Under the pieces are notes generated by a model, which searched no databases, had not been told where the DNA came from, and saw nothing but the letters and a program-made list of their open reading frames with translations. A DNA stretch of 64,000 nucleotides from Phoronis australis (lineage: Eukaryota; Animalia; Phoronida). Shown here piece after piece: positions 25,660 through 38,900 of this stretch (position 1 is its first letter; each line of letters opens with the position of its first letter). The stretch covers positions 187,453-251,452 of the forward strand of contig NMRA01000230.1 of assembly GCA_002633005.1 (NCBI GenBank), written 5' to 3'. The position numbers and the translations under genes are program-made.

Positions 25660-26674
25660 TATTAATTTTCAGGAATGTGCATAGATACAAAAATCAGAGT
25701 AGGTGTCTTCCCAGACACATTGGAAATTGAATTCGCATCGTGTGTCCAGCATTGCGAATATAATGCGCTTTGTGATGTTCACATGGTCAACCGTGAACGA
25801 ACATGCGGCCACTTGTCCGTTCTGTAGATACATTTTGGTAACCAAGTAATTTAACGAGAAATACAAACACGGCAAAAAGACACAAAATTTCAAAATTTTC
25901 CATTAGCATGCACTTATTCAGTGGACACTCACATTTGCGTATTAGGGAAACATTTGAGCAAATATTTGTTTGGAAACTTCACTATTCGTAAGGCCAAAAA
26001 GTGGGCTCATTTAAGGGTGACTGTGTTATTTATTTATGCAGATCAGTTCATCGACGAAGGTTTCTACGATTCAAACACTATGGATGAAAAAGACCAGCTC
26101 GTAGAAAGGGCAATGCAAGGTATGAAATGAAATTTTACTATGAAGACCGATTTAACCATCCTAAAGACGTACATGTACGTGTATCTTTCAAATTTAGACT
26201 CGCCAAGGTACGCAGTTAACCTCAGTATCTTGCGTGTTCGGCAAGATGTTCTATAGTGTTTCTCTAGAAGGCAAAATGGCCGCCATTGTACAATATTTGA
26301 TCTGAGGGTTATCCAAGGATGGGGAATTATATGAAAAAACGGTACGTGACGTCACATTTTCCTTTGCATTAACCACTAAGATTTCTCGCGCAAGAGTCGC
26401 ACCAGTTGGTAGCATTACACGTCCTGGAGTTATCTTTTGAGGTCAAATAATGTTTTTTTATTCATGGTCCTGTAACAGAATTCGTAACAAAGTAGTTGCT
26501 CACTGTATTTTCGAAAATTCACTGACATGTTTTATCGTTTGCTACTAACACCAAAATAGTAATTAAAAATGCTCTACTTCCATTTTAGAGGATGACGTCG
26601 ATGACGACGATGACGTAGAAGAATCCTATGAGCGCGAGCTGAACTCGTACTTGAATGAGCAAGAAGTGAACTAA
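23446..26674 (+). CDS. Secreted cationic Trp/Arg-rich peptide precursor (putative antimicrobial peptide), 172 aa. Exons 23446-23609, 24595-24691, 24915-25008, 26042-26119, 26589-26674
   Basis: Five GT-AG exons with compatible phases (2,0,1,1) give MGKAVAIFLVLAIFCSIVVESEA-GWFRRVWRRVRRAISNGWSWLRRNWWKIKQAIPRACRFVCRYRTYYSKPCKICRNFFRRY-GKR-ELTETNYQEIIKYVPEEEKEMALRSLKEPGSYDQFIDEGFYDSNTMDEKDQLVERAMQEDDVDDDDDVEESYERELNSYLNEQEVN*. The parts are signal peptide, cationic core, amidation/convertase site and acidic tail. Confidence 0.85.
25553..25665. repeat. (AAT)n/(AAC)n microsatellite
   Basis: Read directly from the sequence. Confidence 0.95.
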
Positions 26675-27399
26675 ATTACGAGGCAAGAATTCCTTGATGA
26701 TGCTATATTGAACTCGCCTTCTGTCAAAAATAGCTTTTGGTTTATATCATGTTTTAGAGCTGGTCAGATTAAAAGTGACATATGTGTTTGAAAAAATGAC
26801 CGTAGTTCATGAATACTTGAGACCAGACTTTACAAGATGGTTTTACCAGCATGTTCATTTTGTGTGCCTCGACCAGCTTCGAGGAGGCAGTGTGGTTTAG
26901 TAGGATGCGTGTCGTGTGTTCGACTTCCACTGGGCACATTGCTAGACCCTTGAGTCAGGTCTTTAACCCCTATAATCAGTTTTAAGTACATATTTATTTA
27001 GTAAAACATGAATATTGCCCCAGGTGATCATTGCAAATGGGCACACCTGAGTGACCTGCGCAAAACTGGTGTAAGGTCTACCAGACCACCTTTGAGGCTT
27101 ATTTATTTCGATAAGTGGTCAAATCAGAAGTTACGTTTTGACAAAAAGGTGGTTTGTGGCACTTTAAGCCATAAAAATAACAATAGCAATGATAAGTAAG
27201 GATGACATTATTGATAATGATAACTGTGATAATTGAAAAAATCATGACAGTGATGAATCGGAGATGATGGTAACCGTAAGCGTACTGATAAAGACGGTAG
27301 CGGTTGTAAAACTGGTCAGAAAAGACGGCAGCGGTTGTAAAACCGGTCAGAAAATCACAGCGTGGCCAATAAGCGTCATATTCCTTTTTTTATTTTTAG

Positions 27400-27560
27400 G
27401 ACTCTATCAAGACTGACTGCCAGCTTCCGCGGACAACGAATCTACCTTGATGAAGGGAGTTAGTGTACTTCAATTGATTCAGAATATACAGAATGCGTAG
27501 CTAATACAACCACAGTGTGTTGCTGCTTGGCTTTATTAATGCAATAAATTATATTGAAAA
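27400..27560 (+). other. Putative 3' UTR terminal exon of the peptide-precursor gene with polyA signal
   Basis: Strong acceptor ttcctttttttatttttag|27400 and AATAAA at 27543-27548. Candidate GC donor AG|GCAAGA at 26683, 8 nt after the stop. Confidence 0.45.
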
Positions 27561-27657
27561 TCTTTTAGCGTTCAGTATTCTAATTGGAAAGCATTCGGGT
27601 ACGGTGTGGGTTAAACTGAAATGATGATCCAAAAAACAAACAAATGCCAGTCTATTT

Positions 27658-27885
27658 CAGGGGTGGATTCACGATTTTAGGGGGAGGGGGGCAGGGCACA
27701 GGAATAACCAGAATTTTGCCACATGCACGCGCCCAGCCTAAAATGCAGGGATGCAGGGGTGTCGAATTTTTTGGTTTGTTGTACTTATTACTAAAAAACG
27801 ATAAACGGGGTTTGTTCAAGGCCTATCCATTCTGCATTCGCCCCCCGAGCACCCTTNCCCCCCCCCCCCCTTAAATCCGCGACTG
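27658..27885. mobile_element. MITE family A copy, 5-bp TSD TATTT
   Basis: caggggtggatt...aatccgcgactg flanked by tattt at 27653-27657 and 27886-27890. Confidence 0.75.
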
Positions 27886-29921
27886 TATTTATTGCAATAT
27901 AAGTTACTTACATTATTCGTTATGACCTGCGCTGGGTGCCATGCTTAATGGAACCCCTTTGATTGAGAAATACATATACATGCGCAGAAGTAACAGCTAG
28001 AAATTGGAATTAACTTTGTCAGTCAACTTGAAGACGGCCGCCAGGCATACTGACTTAAGGATAAATTGAATGATTGGCCACGTTTAAAACAAGTTTTACG
28101 TTCCCGTTCAAATATGGGCCGTGCATCAGCGAAGAGCCCTTCTCAATAAGAGCTTAAGACAAGGCCTGGTTGGGTTGCAGAAAACGTAAATTCATGATGA
28201 CGTAGCAATGAAAATAACACAGAATTAAATTCTCTGAAAAGATGGACTTAGAAAAACAGCCACTTAATGCATAGAAAGCGCATAAACAAACCTAAATACA
28301 ACGGAACACAAAGTAGTGGAAATACAACTACATGAAACATTGGTGTCGGGGGGTAGTTTAGTAAATGTGTACTGCATGGTATTAACAGTATGTGTAGCTG
28401 ATGTGAAAGTGACTCTAAAACAGACACTGTTCAAGACATAAGAATACAAAGACACGAAACAAACAGCCATAGAAATGTTGAATGGTAGTCTCATTCCCTA
28501 TGACCTATGACCTATGACATAAACGCTAATGAGAGGGCCACCAAGTGACGTCATGGGATATGGACAACATGACACATCTGAAGGAGATTTGAGTAACGAT
28601 CCAGCGGCAACAGGCGGTCATATGAGAAGGACAAGAATTTCAGTGAAATTGGTAACATCGCGGAATCGAACAATGACACCAGCTCCACAGTAGCAGCCGA
28701 GCGTTCTGGCGCCGCTACGTCAAATCCCAATGTCAATGTCTTTTAAGCGGTAAAGACAACGACCTTGATTTCATTAATGTCTGCTAGACGATAATGGCGT
28801 TTTTCGGCGTAAAACTGGTATTATCCTTTTAAAGCAAACATGCAAAGTTCGCGTATGATGGCACGAATTCCTAACCAAATACAATTTTAATTAGCCATCG
28901 CTCCCAGTTTTATACTGAAGAGAATTATGCATTGATGACTGTAGTAATTTTGGGTAGACTGAGGGACCACAAACAATATTTTTTGCCAGACTCGGTTCAT
29001 AATCCGAACCCTTCGCCCGTGGTTCTGTTTTGGGACAAATTATCTACCGTAATTGTTAGATTTGCTAGTGACTAAAAACATCAGGCTAATTGTTGATGGA
29101 CCATCAGACACACACTCCAAAACCCCAATTGGATGGTTGGTTCTAGTTTTCAAGACCAGCTGCATCAGTGAATATACAATTTGAGGGATATAACCCAAAA
29201 GGACACAAAGCCAGCTTGTCGTAATTATGTCAGTGAGCACCCATATCGCCGGCCAGGTATTCAGATGATCCAGTGAGACAATTAAAAACCCGAAATATCA
29301 GTTTAAAACAAATGCTCAGAATCGCATTATTTGTTCATGCAGACGTTAAACAAAGCATTGCAAAACGGGGAGAAAATTCAAAATCTACATATACAGATCA
29401 AATTAGGACTCTTGGAAAATACACTAGTAAACTGTGAAAAACACGCAAAAATCAAAATAAGAACAATTCTTGATTTAGACCGTATACCGTTATGAAATTG
29501 GTCTTGGCCTGAGTTCAGAGCAAAAGAAATGAAACCCGGTTATTAGAAACAACAATCGTCGCCTGCCATTGCTTTTAATGCCAATGATTACAAGATGCTT
29601 TAGGCCGGCCAGGGAAAAACTAGTCACGTTTGGCAAGCCGACAGGAGTAGTGTAAGTAGCGGATGATAGATGTCGCTTAATGTGTGTAGAGATCGTAGAT
29701 CTCGCATAGCTTTCATCTCGCTCCTTGGCTTATCAGTTATCTTTGGCAACTTCCTAATCTTTGTCAGACCTTGCAGATGCTGATTTTGAAAGGTTCAATG
29801 TCCATATTACGACAGTCACGTCATGTGTTGGAAGACACTAGATAGGTAACGCGTTGACATCCAAGAAACTGAGAGTAAAGAGACTCGACACTTGACAAAA
29901 CAGACTGTGATTGAGAGTACG

Positions 29922-32900
29922 ATGAGCAGCAAGAAGGTTGCAGTTATTGGCGCAGGTAATGTCGCAGGCCTTGGGTTGGGTGAATGGAACAGGAAGGCTC
30001 CTTCGTCGGATTTTCTGTAGGCCTACGTTGTAATCTAGGAATGAGTGCAACGACGGTCGTGAGATCGCCGACTTCCGAATCAAAGCTAGGTGATAGTATG
30101 GGGCTCACGCATTTTGAGAACCAATTTTCTCCACTGAATCACGGGCATCAAATAAGGGTTCTCAAAATGCTGGATTCATGTGACTATTTGCCGCTTAAAA
30201 GCCAAGGGGCCATGACCTTGCAGTTGTGTGAAGTAACTGAGCTAGTGCAGTGAAATTGGCCGGTGATTGGGGAGCAGTTTTGTGGGGGGGTCTGTGGTGA
30301 CCAGGGAATGGACTGAGCTTATGCCCACTGGGGAGCATGTAGTTTTTATTTATTAGTTGAGTGGGTATTTGGACTATTTGGAAAATGTCCTTTCAAAAAC
30401 ATGAAATGAAATCGAATATATTACATGCCTCACAGGGCATTAATTTTTCGGAGAGGGAGGTAATATTTTCAAAAGCTGCATCAATTGTTTAATATGCTGC
30501 AGTTTTAAAGCAAATAATTCGATCATTCGCTCAAGAATGTTTTCACAGAACATTTTACCCTACTGTAAATGTGGTCCTTAGAAGGATGTGTGCATATTTC
30601 ACATTCAGCAAACAACGACGGTCCTTCATTCATACTGTGTACCTTACCTCGAGTCACCCTAAATCGTTGTTAAATGACTGTTATATGAGTCTGACATCGC
30701 AATTCCAAAATATAGTGTCTTGCCAAATAACAAAGTTTTAGGTCAAAACATATATTACGAGTCTGTTACATTTTCAAAACACGCTGTTACCACAAATACA
30801 TCCATGGGTGTACGTTTGGAAATTTTTTCTGAAAAATGCCCGTGTACTTTTACGTGGGCCTATTTTCGTAAATTCCTGGTGTGTAATCAAAGTACTACAG
30901 CATGACATTCCAGCCGTATTCATATCTATGGTAAATCTCATGATGTTTTCAATCTTGTCGCTGCTCGTTGCATGACACGTTTGTCGCTCGTTAGTTGCCT
31001 TGTGATGGACTGCTGCCTGATCTTGACAATTGAGATCACTCATTGGTCAAATAATCCTGTCAATCCCAGTCAAAGGTCAGCCAGCGGCTATAGTCAGAGG
31101 GTAGCTATAGCAATCCCCAAGCGCATACAGGTGCGAGGTTGAGAATATTGCGAGACTTTCAGTAAGTCATTATAGTTGTAAAGAAAAAAACCTATAGTGT
31201 ACCTTAATGAGTGTGAGAGATGTGTGCTAAAATTCGAGATAGGATCTCATGCCAGGCAGGGAAGAAAGGTGAGTTGGACGGGAAGCTGAGAGCACGGCTA
31301 ACAGACGATAGGTATTTGGGCAGTTCAACTCAAGAATGAGAGTTAGCTAGGGTGGGCTCCACATACCCATAGTGATTAATATTCAACAACAATCATCTTG
31401 AGTGCATACTGTGAAATTATGGGCCATTCAAAATCATTTAGAATATGTGGTTGTAATATGATATACATATAGTTATTTCAAAGATCGTTTTTATTAGAAT
31501 GAATAGGATCTGTAAATAAACAAAAGCAGGACTTAGCCTAACGATATGATAAAGTTCTACTATGTGAAATACGGCTTAAAATAGTCTTATTTACCAATAA
31601 AAGAGTTTGACAGCACAATCGTGGGTTGAAGCGAGTAGCGGAAGGAAGTCCTATAGCGACACCTATCGTTCGCCGAACAAAGTATTCTCTTATGATTTTA
31701 TTAATTGCTGCAGTCTCTTACACACCCTTGGGGCTCCGGCCCTAACCCCGCCTACCTGTGTCAGACTCTCCAATTATGTCATTGCAGGCGCCAGCGGTCT
31801 TACTGCCATCAAATGTTGTCTCGACGAAGGACTAGAGCCGATCTGCTACGAGCGCTCTGATGATCTAGGTGGACTATGGCGGTACACAGAGACATCTGTT
31901 GAAGGCAAGATCTTGTTGCTATATAACCTGATACTACCGAGCTTGCTTGTTACTCAGTAAGCGTTGAGATAACCTCTGTCGGTATACCGAACACATGTTG
32001 ACTTATTGTGTGCTACATAGGTGACGAATTGTCATAGAGATTTATTGAACTTGGTAGGTTTTCCAATTTAGCTCAATAGTTAACAGTCTCCAGTTTCTTG
32101 AATTGAACCAACTAGTCTGTATTCTTTCCTTTAATCTCTGATATGGTTATTCAGTCTGCATATTAGTTCAAGAGTTCACAGCATCATAGAATATGCCCTT
32201 CTTTGACTGAAGGACTATGGTCATTTCTCAAAGGCTATGGCTGACGTTGATATTCGGACGGGTTCTACTACTTTGGTACCCCTCTAGTACCATTTTTTCT
32301 CTACACCTGTGTCTCCTAAACTTTTTTGTAGGATATTTGTGAAATTTGGCAGAGGTGTTCCTATGGAGCTGACACCATTTTGTGACGTGTTTCAGACCCA
32401 TTCGACTACCACCATGCCCCCTTGTGGCAATTGTAGTTGCATGTTTATGCTTGCCTTTCTCTGTATTTTCGGAGTTCATCAATGGATTTTCGATAAATTT
32501 GGTTCTGTTTTCGTATGGATTTGATGTATTTTTGCACCCCTTATTGGCAATTCAAATTTTTACATTTACATCTGTATCTTCAGAGTTCTTTAACAACTTT
32601 TATTGAAATGTGGCTAACAAGTTTTGGGTATGATGGTGATAGCATCAATTCATTTTGGGATGGATTTGAGGTATTCTGCACCACTTAGTATCCATTTTTA
32701 GCACTAATAACTATCCCGGGAAGCACACTGTTTGCGTTGCTGCCGTGGACGCTCTGCGTTCACTTGCTCTAGTTTCTTTTAAAATTTGTTTAATTCATCA
32801 ACATATAGTATAGACTGGATTATATTACTGGCCAGAACTTAACAGAAATGCAACAAGCACTTGTTCTGGACAGAATTTAGGTCTGTCTATCTTTTTACAT

Positions 32901-35900
32901 TCAAGTTTCTTGCTTCTTGCATGTTCATTGGTATTTTACTTTGAAATGACTAGAAATTGTTCGGGTCTATGCTGTAAAGTAGTCCTGGTTGCCATAAATC
33001 TCATTTACCAAAAGTATTTCCACGCTGTTGTTCCATTATTTTTCGTTTAATTTTATTGCTTCACAACTTCTGAGTGATTGATTGGTCATTTGCAGGTGAG
33101 GCGTGCGTGATGAAGTCGACAGTGATTAACACCAGCAAGGAGATGATGGCTTATAGTGACTTCCCTATACCTGAGGAGTTCCCAGCCTTCATGCACAATA
33201 CCAAAGTATGCGGCTATAGTTAAGAACTAATGAAGTACACTGCTAAAGTACAGTATTAAAGTACAGTAAGGTACAGGACTAAAGTACAGTACTAAGGTTC
33301 AGTACTAGAGTACATTGCTAAAGTTAGTGCTAAAGTTCATTACTAAATGTTTAGTATTAAAGCTCTAAGCACTACTAAAGTACAGTACTAAAGTACAGCA
33401 CTAATGTGCAGCACTGAAGTTCAGTACTAAAGTACAGTGCTTAAGTTCAGTTTTTAAGTTCAGTACTAAAAGTTTAGTATTAAAGCTCTAATCACTACTA
33501 AAGTACAGTGCTGAAGTACAATACCAAAGTACACCACTAAAGTACAATGTACTAAAGTACAGCACTAAAGTACAGTTCTAAAATACTGCACTGAAGTTCA
33601 GCACTAAAGTTCAGTACTAAAATACATTAGTGAGTCATAGGTGAATTTAGAAGTTCCGGCCCCTCTCCCCTAACGAAGACCAGAATAATGCTAGTTTTAG
33701 AGTTGTCGCAAGGGTCTGTCGTTTGGAAATGTTGGTTGAGCCCGACAAGGTGCGATTTCAATATTGTGACTGTGATCACTTTAAATAATTATATATTATG
33801 TTCATCACTGAATTTATTTATAAATCAGTGATTTCGTGTCACATAAATAAAAATTATTAGTCTTGATACATGCCCTGTGTTGGTCACATTACACACATGT
33901 TTGGTAGTGAACAAGGAGAATATGCCCCTTTAAATAAATTAGATTTCCGTCCAGGCACGAGTTACAAGCCAATTTACTCAACCATTGAAAAGTGTCTCGT
34001 ACCGTTTTTCAAACAGGTTGTCTCGGCATCGTCTAAAAGATGACACTTTTGACAAAGTTGGACCAGCTGATCAATAATTGGACCACCTGATCAATAATTG
34101 GACCAAATGATCAATACTTGGACTACTTTCCAATGGTTGCTGAAGATGTTTCTGATGCAGCTGCTGCTATGGAATGGCAGGTTTATCAAACACAGATTTA
34201 GAGGTGCTCAGGAGGCCTTCGTTTACGGTAACAACAAAAATGCATTCGGCTAGCCCTTTTTAGGTCTCCAAATTTTGTCCTTTCGAAAATTGTGGTTGCT
34301 GCCCCTGACGTCCAAATTCCACCAGAGTGGCTATGAAAGTTTTGAGACCATTTTTTTAGTTAACCCTCTTGTGTCATTGTTGTGACAGGAAAGGACCATT
34401 TTAAGTGCTGGTGATAAATTGTGTTGTTGTGTATTGCAGGTGTGTGAGTACCTGAGGAAATACAGCCAACATTTCGGCTGTGACCAGTATATTAACTACA
34501 GAGTGGAGGTGGTCTCGGTCAAAAAGTCTCCCAACTATGATGACAGTGGCAGATGGAACCTTCATATAAAGTGTGTAATTATTAAAAAATGTAATCAGAA
34601 TATTAAAGCAGTTATCAACCTGCATTCAATCGAAAAAACAGATTTTAATTTAGACTACTTACCGTTATGAGGTTGATCTAAAATTGTTCAGTGTAGTCAA
34701 AATAAGAGTGTTTGCGGGGCTTGTAAAGAACTGACACACGTTATTGCTTAATTTCAAGCTCTGCGAGTTGACTTAATTTCCCATTACATTGACTATGGTC
34801 TCGAAAATAAGCAAGCGTCAGTTCTTTGCAAAATCAAAAATCATGTCTCATCTGAGTGAGAAACAAGTTGAGGTCACTTTTTATAGTTGTAAACAGTCTG
34901 AAACATTTTTTTCTATGGAATGCGGTTAATAGTTGCTTTAACTATGGATTGGAAGTGGTCTGGGAACAAACCAAACGAAAACGTTATATGGGTCGTGGCA
35001 GCTGAGTGCTAATAGAATTTCTACGTTATGACAGATGAGTGTAAGTGTAATTTACAGTCTGTCATAGCGAATACTTTAAATCATTTTAAAAACAGTTTTA
35101 AAAAATGATTTTGGCTAAATTTCTAGTCATTTACAATGCTGATGCACCTGTTCTATTGTTCATGAAACAATCACGCAAACGTATTCTTACAGTCATGAAG
35201 TTGTGATTTGCAAAATCTCCAATTTCATTGGTCACTTTGTCTTGCATAGCGACAGAAGAAGCCGACTTTGAGACCAGTTCAGCCATTATTCAATTTTTTC
35301 TTAATCAAGCTCTGTATCCTTTATAGGAACTTAGCAACAGGCAAAGAAGAGACAAAAACTTTTGATGCTGTTTTTGTCTGCACCGGGCATCACGCTGATG
35401 CTCACAGACCCAAGTTTGACGGCTTGGATGGTTTCCGTGGAAACGTGACCCACACGCATGAGTACAAGAATCACCGTGGGTACGAGGACAAGAGGGTTGT
35501 CGTCATAGGAATTGGTAACTCGGGAGGAGATGTTGCGGTAGAACTGAGCAAGATAGCCAAAGAGGTTAGCATATTAATGTTGTGCTAATAAGTGCTTGGG
35601 AACTTCAATATTGCTGACTCATTGCACCTATGGAATGAAGTGCGGGTGGTCTAGAATCTAATGTCAACACATCTGTTGGTCTTTCTAGTTATACAATGTT
35701 GTGTATCTTTGCAAAATTTCATAGGAGGGCTGATGTGTAACCTACATATTATACACTTGTTTGCAGTGGTATTGTTTTTTCCAAAACCTTATCCAATTGT
35801 TTGTCTCGTACATCTCCAAATAATAATAATAACGATGATTGCCAATAATTGCCTGTAGTGCAAGATTCGAGGCAGCCAAGTGGGCCTGCCCCCCTGTTGA

Positions 35901-38900
35901 CAACTTTAGTACTTCTAGTAAGCTTTTGCACGTAGTTTTGCCAACCATTTATAAATGCCATTCTGCATACTCACTATTCTAGTACAATAGCAGACACTAG
36001 ATGGCTCTATCTATACTGGGTCATGATAGGTCAAAGAAATGACGTCACGTATTTTAGCAATGAGGGCTGACCCTTTGGCAATTACAAGCAGGGCTCAGAT
36101 TTGTCCCTACATTATAATACTCTTATACTTTTACTTCCATGCTGATGTCCCTTGGGTAACGACAACATTTTTATAATCTCACTCTCTGAATCTCTGAATG
36201 ACAACTTGGGAACTTGAGTGTGTTTCTGACTTGCTCAAACCCGACTACATGCTGGAGACTGGAACGAGGATACATGCTCACTGCAAACTGAGCTACCGTA
36301 CTACCCTCTATTGATAATTCTAGTTTTTGGACAGGACATGACTCGTACTTATCATGGAAAACCAGGAAATATGCACTCTGCGAACAATAGCCTCCAGACG
36401 TGGAAAGTTTGTGACAAATAAAAGATGGTAAAAACTCCTGGAAAACTTCTGAATCATAGAATTTTTGAAAAACTCATGTAGAGACAATAGCACGAGTTTG
36501 TACGTTCTTGTGGAAACTATTTCCTAGAAAATGAAATCCAAAATGGGAGGTAACCATGCTGATTGCCAGTTTCCACTTTTCTTGTAATATACTCATTGAT
36601 ATTTAACACACAGGTTTACCTCAGTACTCGCCGAGGATCATGGGTATTAAATCGAGTTGCAGAGAATGGCTTGCCCGTCGACATGGTTCACTCCACACGA
36701 TTCAACATGGTTGCTAGGCAATATGTATCCTTGTCGAAATTGAACGATGTCGTTGAGGGCAGATTGAACCGTCGGTTTGATCACGAGAACTTCGGCTTGA
36801 AGCCAAAGCACCGATTCACAGCGCAGCATCCTATGGTGAATGATGATCTTCCTAACCGTATTATCTGTGGTGCAGTGGTGGTAAAACCAGATGTGAAGAA
36901 ATTTACGGAAACCAGTGTCGAGTTCGTGGATGGTACAAAAGCCGAAGTGGATGCGGTGGTTTTGGCGACGGGCTACATCTTCGGTTTCCCATTCTTAGAC
37001 TCATCCCTTGTGCGGGTGGAACATAATGACGTCAACTTGTACAAGTACGTGTACCCACCAGAGTTGAAGCACCCTACATTGGCTGTGATTGGCTGCTTCC
37101 AGCCGCTGGGTGCCATCATGCCATTATGCGAGATGCAATGTCGATGGGCTACTAGGCTGTTAAAGGTATTCTTTGCTTGTTTCTGTTTTGTGATCATGAT
37201 TCAGAAACAAAGTCGAACATTTGGCTGTTTGTGTCCTGACTATGAATTTATTTAGCTGTTGAAGGTATTGAGAACAGAAGGGGAATTTTATTTATGAGTA
37301 TAGTGGAAGAGTTTAACAAGTCTTTGATTTTTTACCTTCGTAGTCATTTTCATCACTCCTTTTGCAACATTTTGCTGAGTGACTTTTAGGGATAGTTTTT
37401 AACTTTTTAAGTTTGCACATCTCTGATAAGCCCATTTAAAAGAGTAAAACACTTAAACATATTCCATCAATTTTTCTGGCTTTGTCAAAGTTATGGCTCA
37501 ATTGGTGGAGGAAATCTGAAGAAAAGGTTTCTGCAGTGTGTTCTAAATTGTGTATGAATTCAAAATTAGCTGAAAAGTGTTTTGTTCTGAAATTTACTTA
37601 GCTTAAAATGTACATTACAGTTTTTCAACTAGAAAGTCCTCCTTTTATGAAGTTTGATATTGTATTAATTTTCATAAAAGTCTTGGGCAATTTCTAACTT
37701 AGTTGTTGTTCTTTAAAACGTTAACAGGTACTTAACAGGTTCTACAAATATAATTTTTGTCACAATTATCCCATTGCTCAGATTAATCTAATGAAATTTG
37801 TATTTCACGCTACTGCTCTCAGGGAAAAGCTGCTCAGCGTTATCCCGTAAATTTTATGTAACACGTGGGCCAAGGCCTTAAATGTTGAAATACATGAATT
37901 TGAAAATTATGATCCTTTTCAGAAACTGTGTATTCTTCCTTCTTCGGAGGCCATGTGGAAAGATATTCGTATGAAGCGAGAAGCAATGAGCCGTCAGTAC
38001 GTTAAGTCGCAGCGTCACACCATTCAAGTGGACTACGCTCAATTCATGTGCGAATTAGCCGAGCTCATTGGTTGCCAGCCTCACCTCTGTGAGTACTTTT
38101 GAGCTTTGTTACATTTTTAGGTTTTGTTTACAACGCAGTCATATATATCAAGGGCTGTTTTGAGTGGGAGAAATGAACCTTTATAGGTAACCAGTAAACG
38201 AGATATTCTATCATGTTTTGAANGTCAACTTGTACAAGTACGTGTACCCACCAGAGTTGAAGCACCCTACATTGGCTGTGATTGGCTGCTTCCAGCCGCT
38301 GGGTGCCATCATGCCATTATGCGAAATGCAATGTCGATGGGCTACTAGGCTGTTAAAGGTATTCTTTGCTTGTTTCTGTTTTGTGATCATGATTCAGAAA
38401 CAAAGTCGAACATTTGGCTGTTTGTGTCCTGACTATGAATTTAAGTTTTGTTGCTTTTTGTGTTTTTTGTAGCTGTTGAAGGTATTGAGAACAGAAGGGG
38501 AATTTTATTTATGAGTATAGTGGAATAGTTTAACAAGTCTTTGACTTTTTACCTTCGTAGTCATTTTCATCACTCATTTTGCAACATTTTGCTGAGTGTA
38601 ACTTTTAGGGATAGTTTTTAACTTTTTAAGTTTGTACATCTCTGATAAGCCCATTTAAAAGAGTAAAACACTTAAACATATTCCATCATTTTTTCTGGCT
38701 TTGTCAAAGTTATGGCTCAATTGGTGGAGGAAATCTGAAGAAAAGGTTTCTGCAGTGTGTTCTAAATTGTGTATGAATTCAAAATCAGCTGAAAAATGTT
38801 TTGTTTTGAAAATTACTTAGCTTAAAATGTACGTTACAGTTTTTCAATTAGAAAGTCCTCCTTTTATGAAGTTTGATATTGTATTAATTTTCATAAAAGT

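Noticed and set aside
23446-26674. Classical neuropeptide precursor reading of the GKR-containing protein
   Set aside because: There is a single long, extremely cationic amphipathic product rather than short repeated paracopies, which fits an AMP or toxin better. Not fully excluded.
26885-26985. tRNA-like or SINE-like sequence (also on the minus strand at about 36200-36300)
   Set aside because: Only degenerate A/B-box-like strings and no cloverleaf. At most old SINE fragments, not tRNA genes.
38218-38472. Second FMO gene or pseudogene fragment
   Set aside because: It starts at an N and duplicates 37031 onward, so it is best explained as an assembly overlap.
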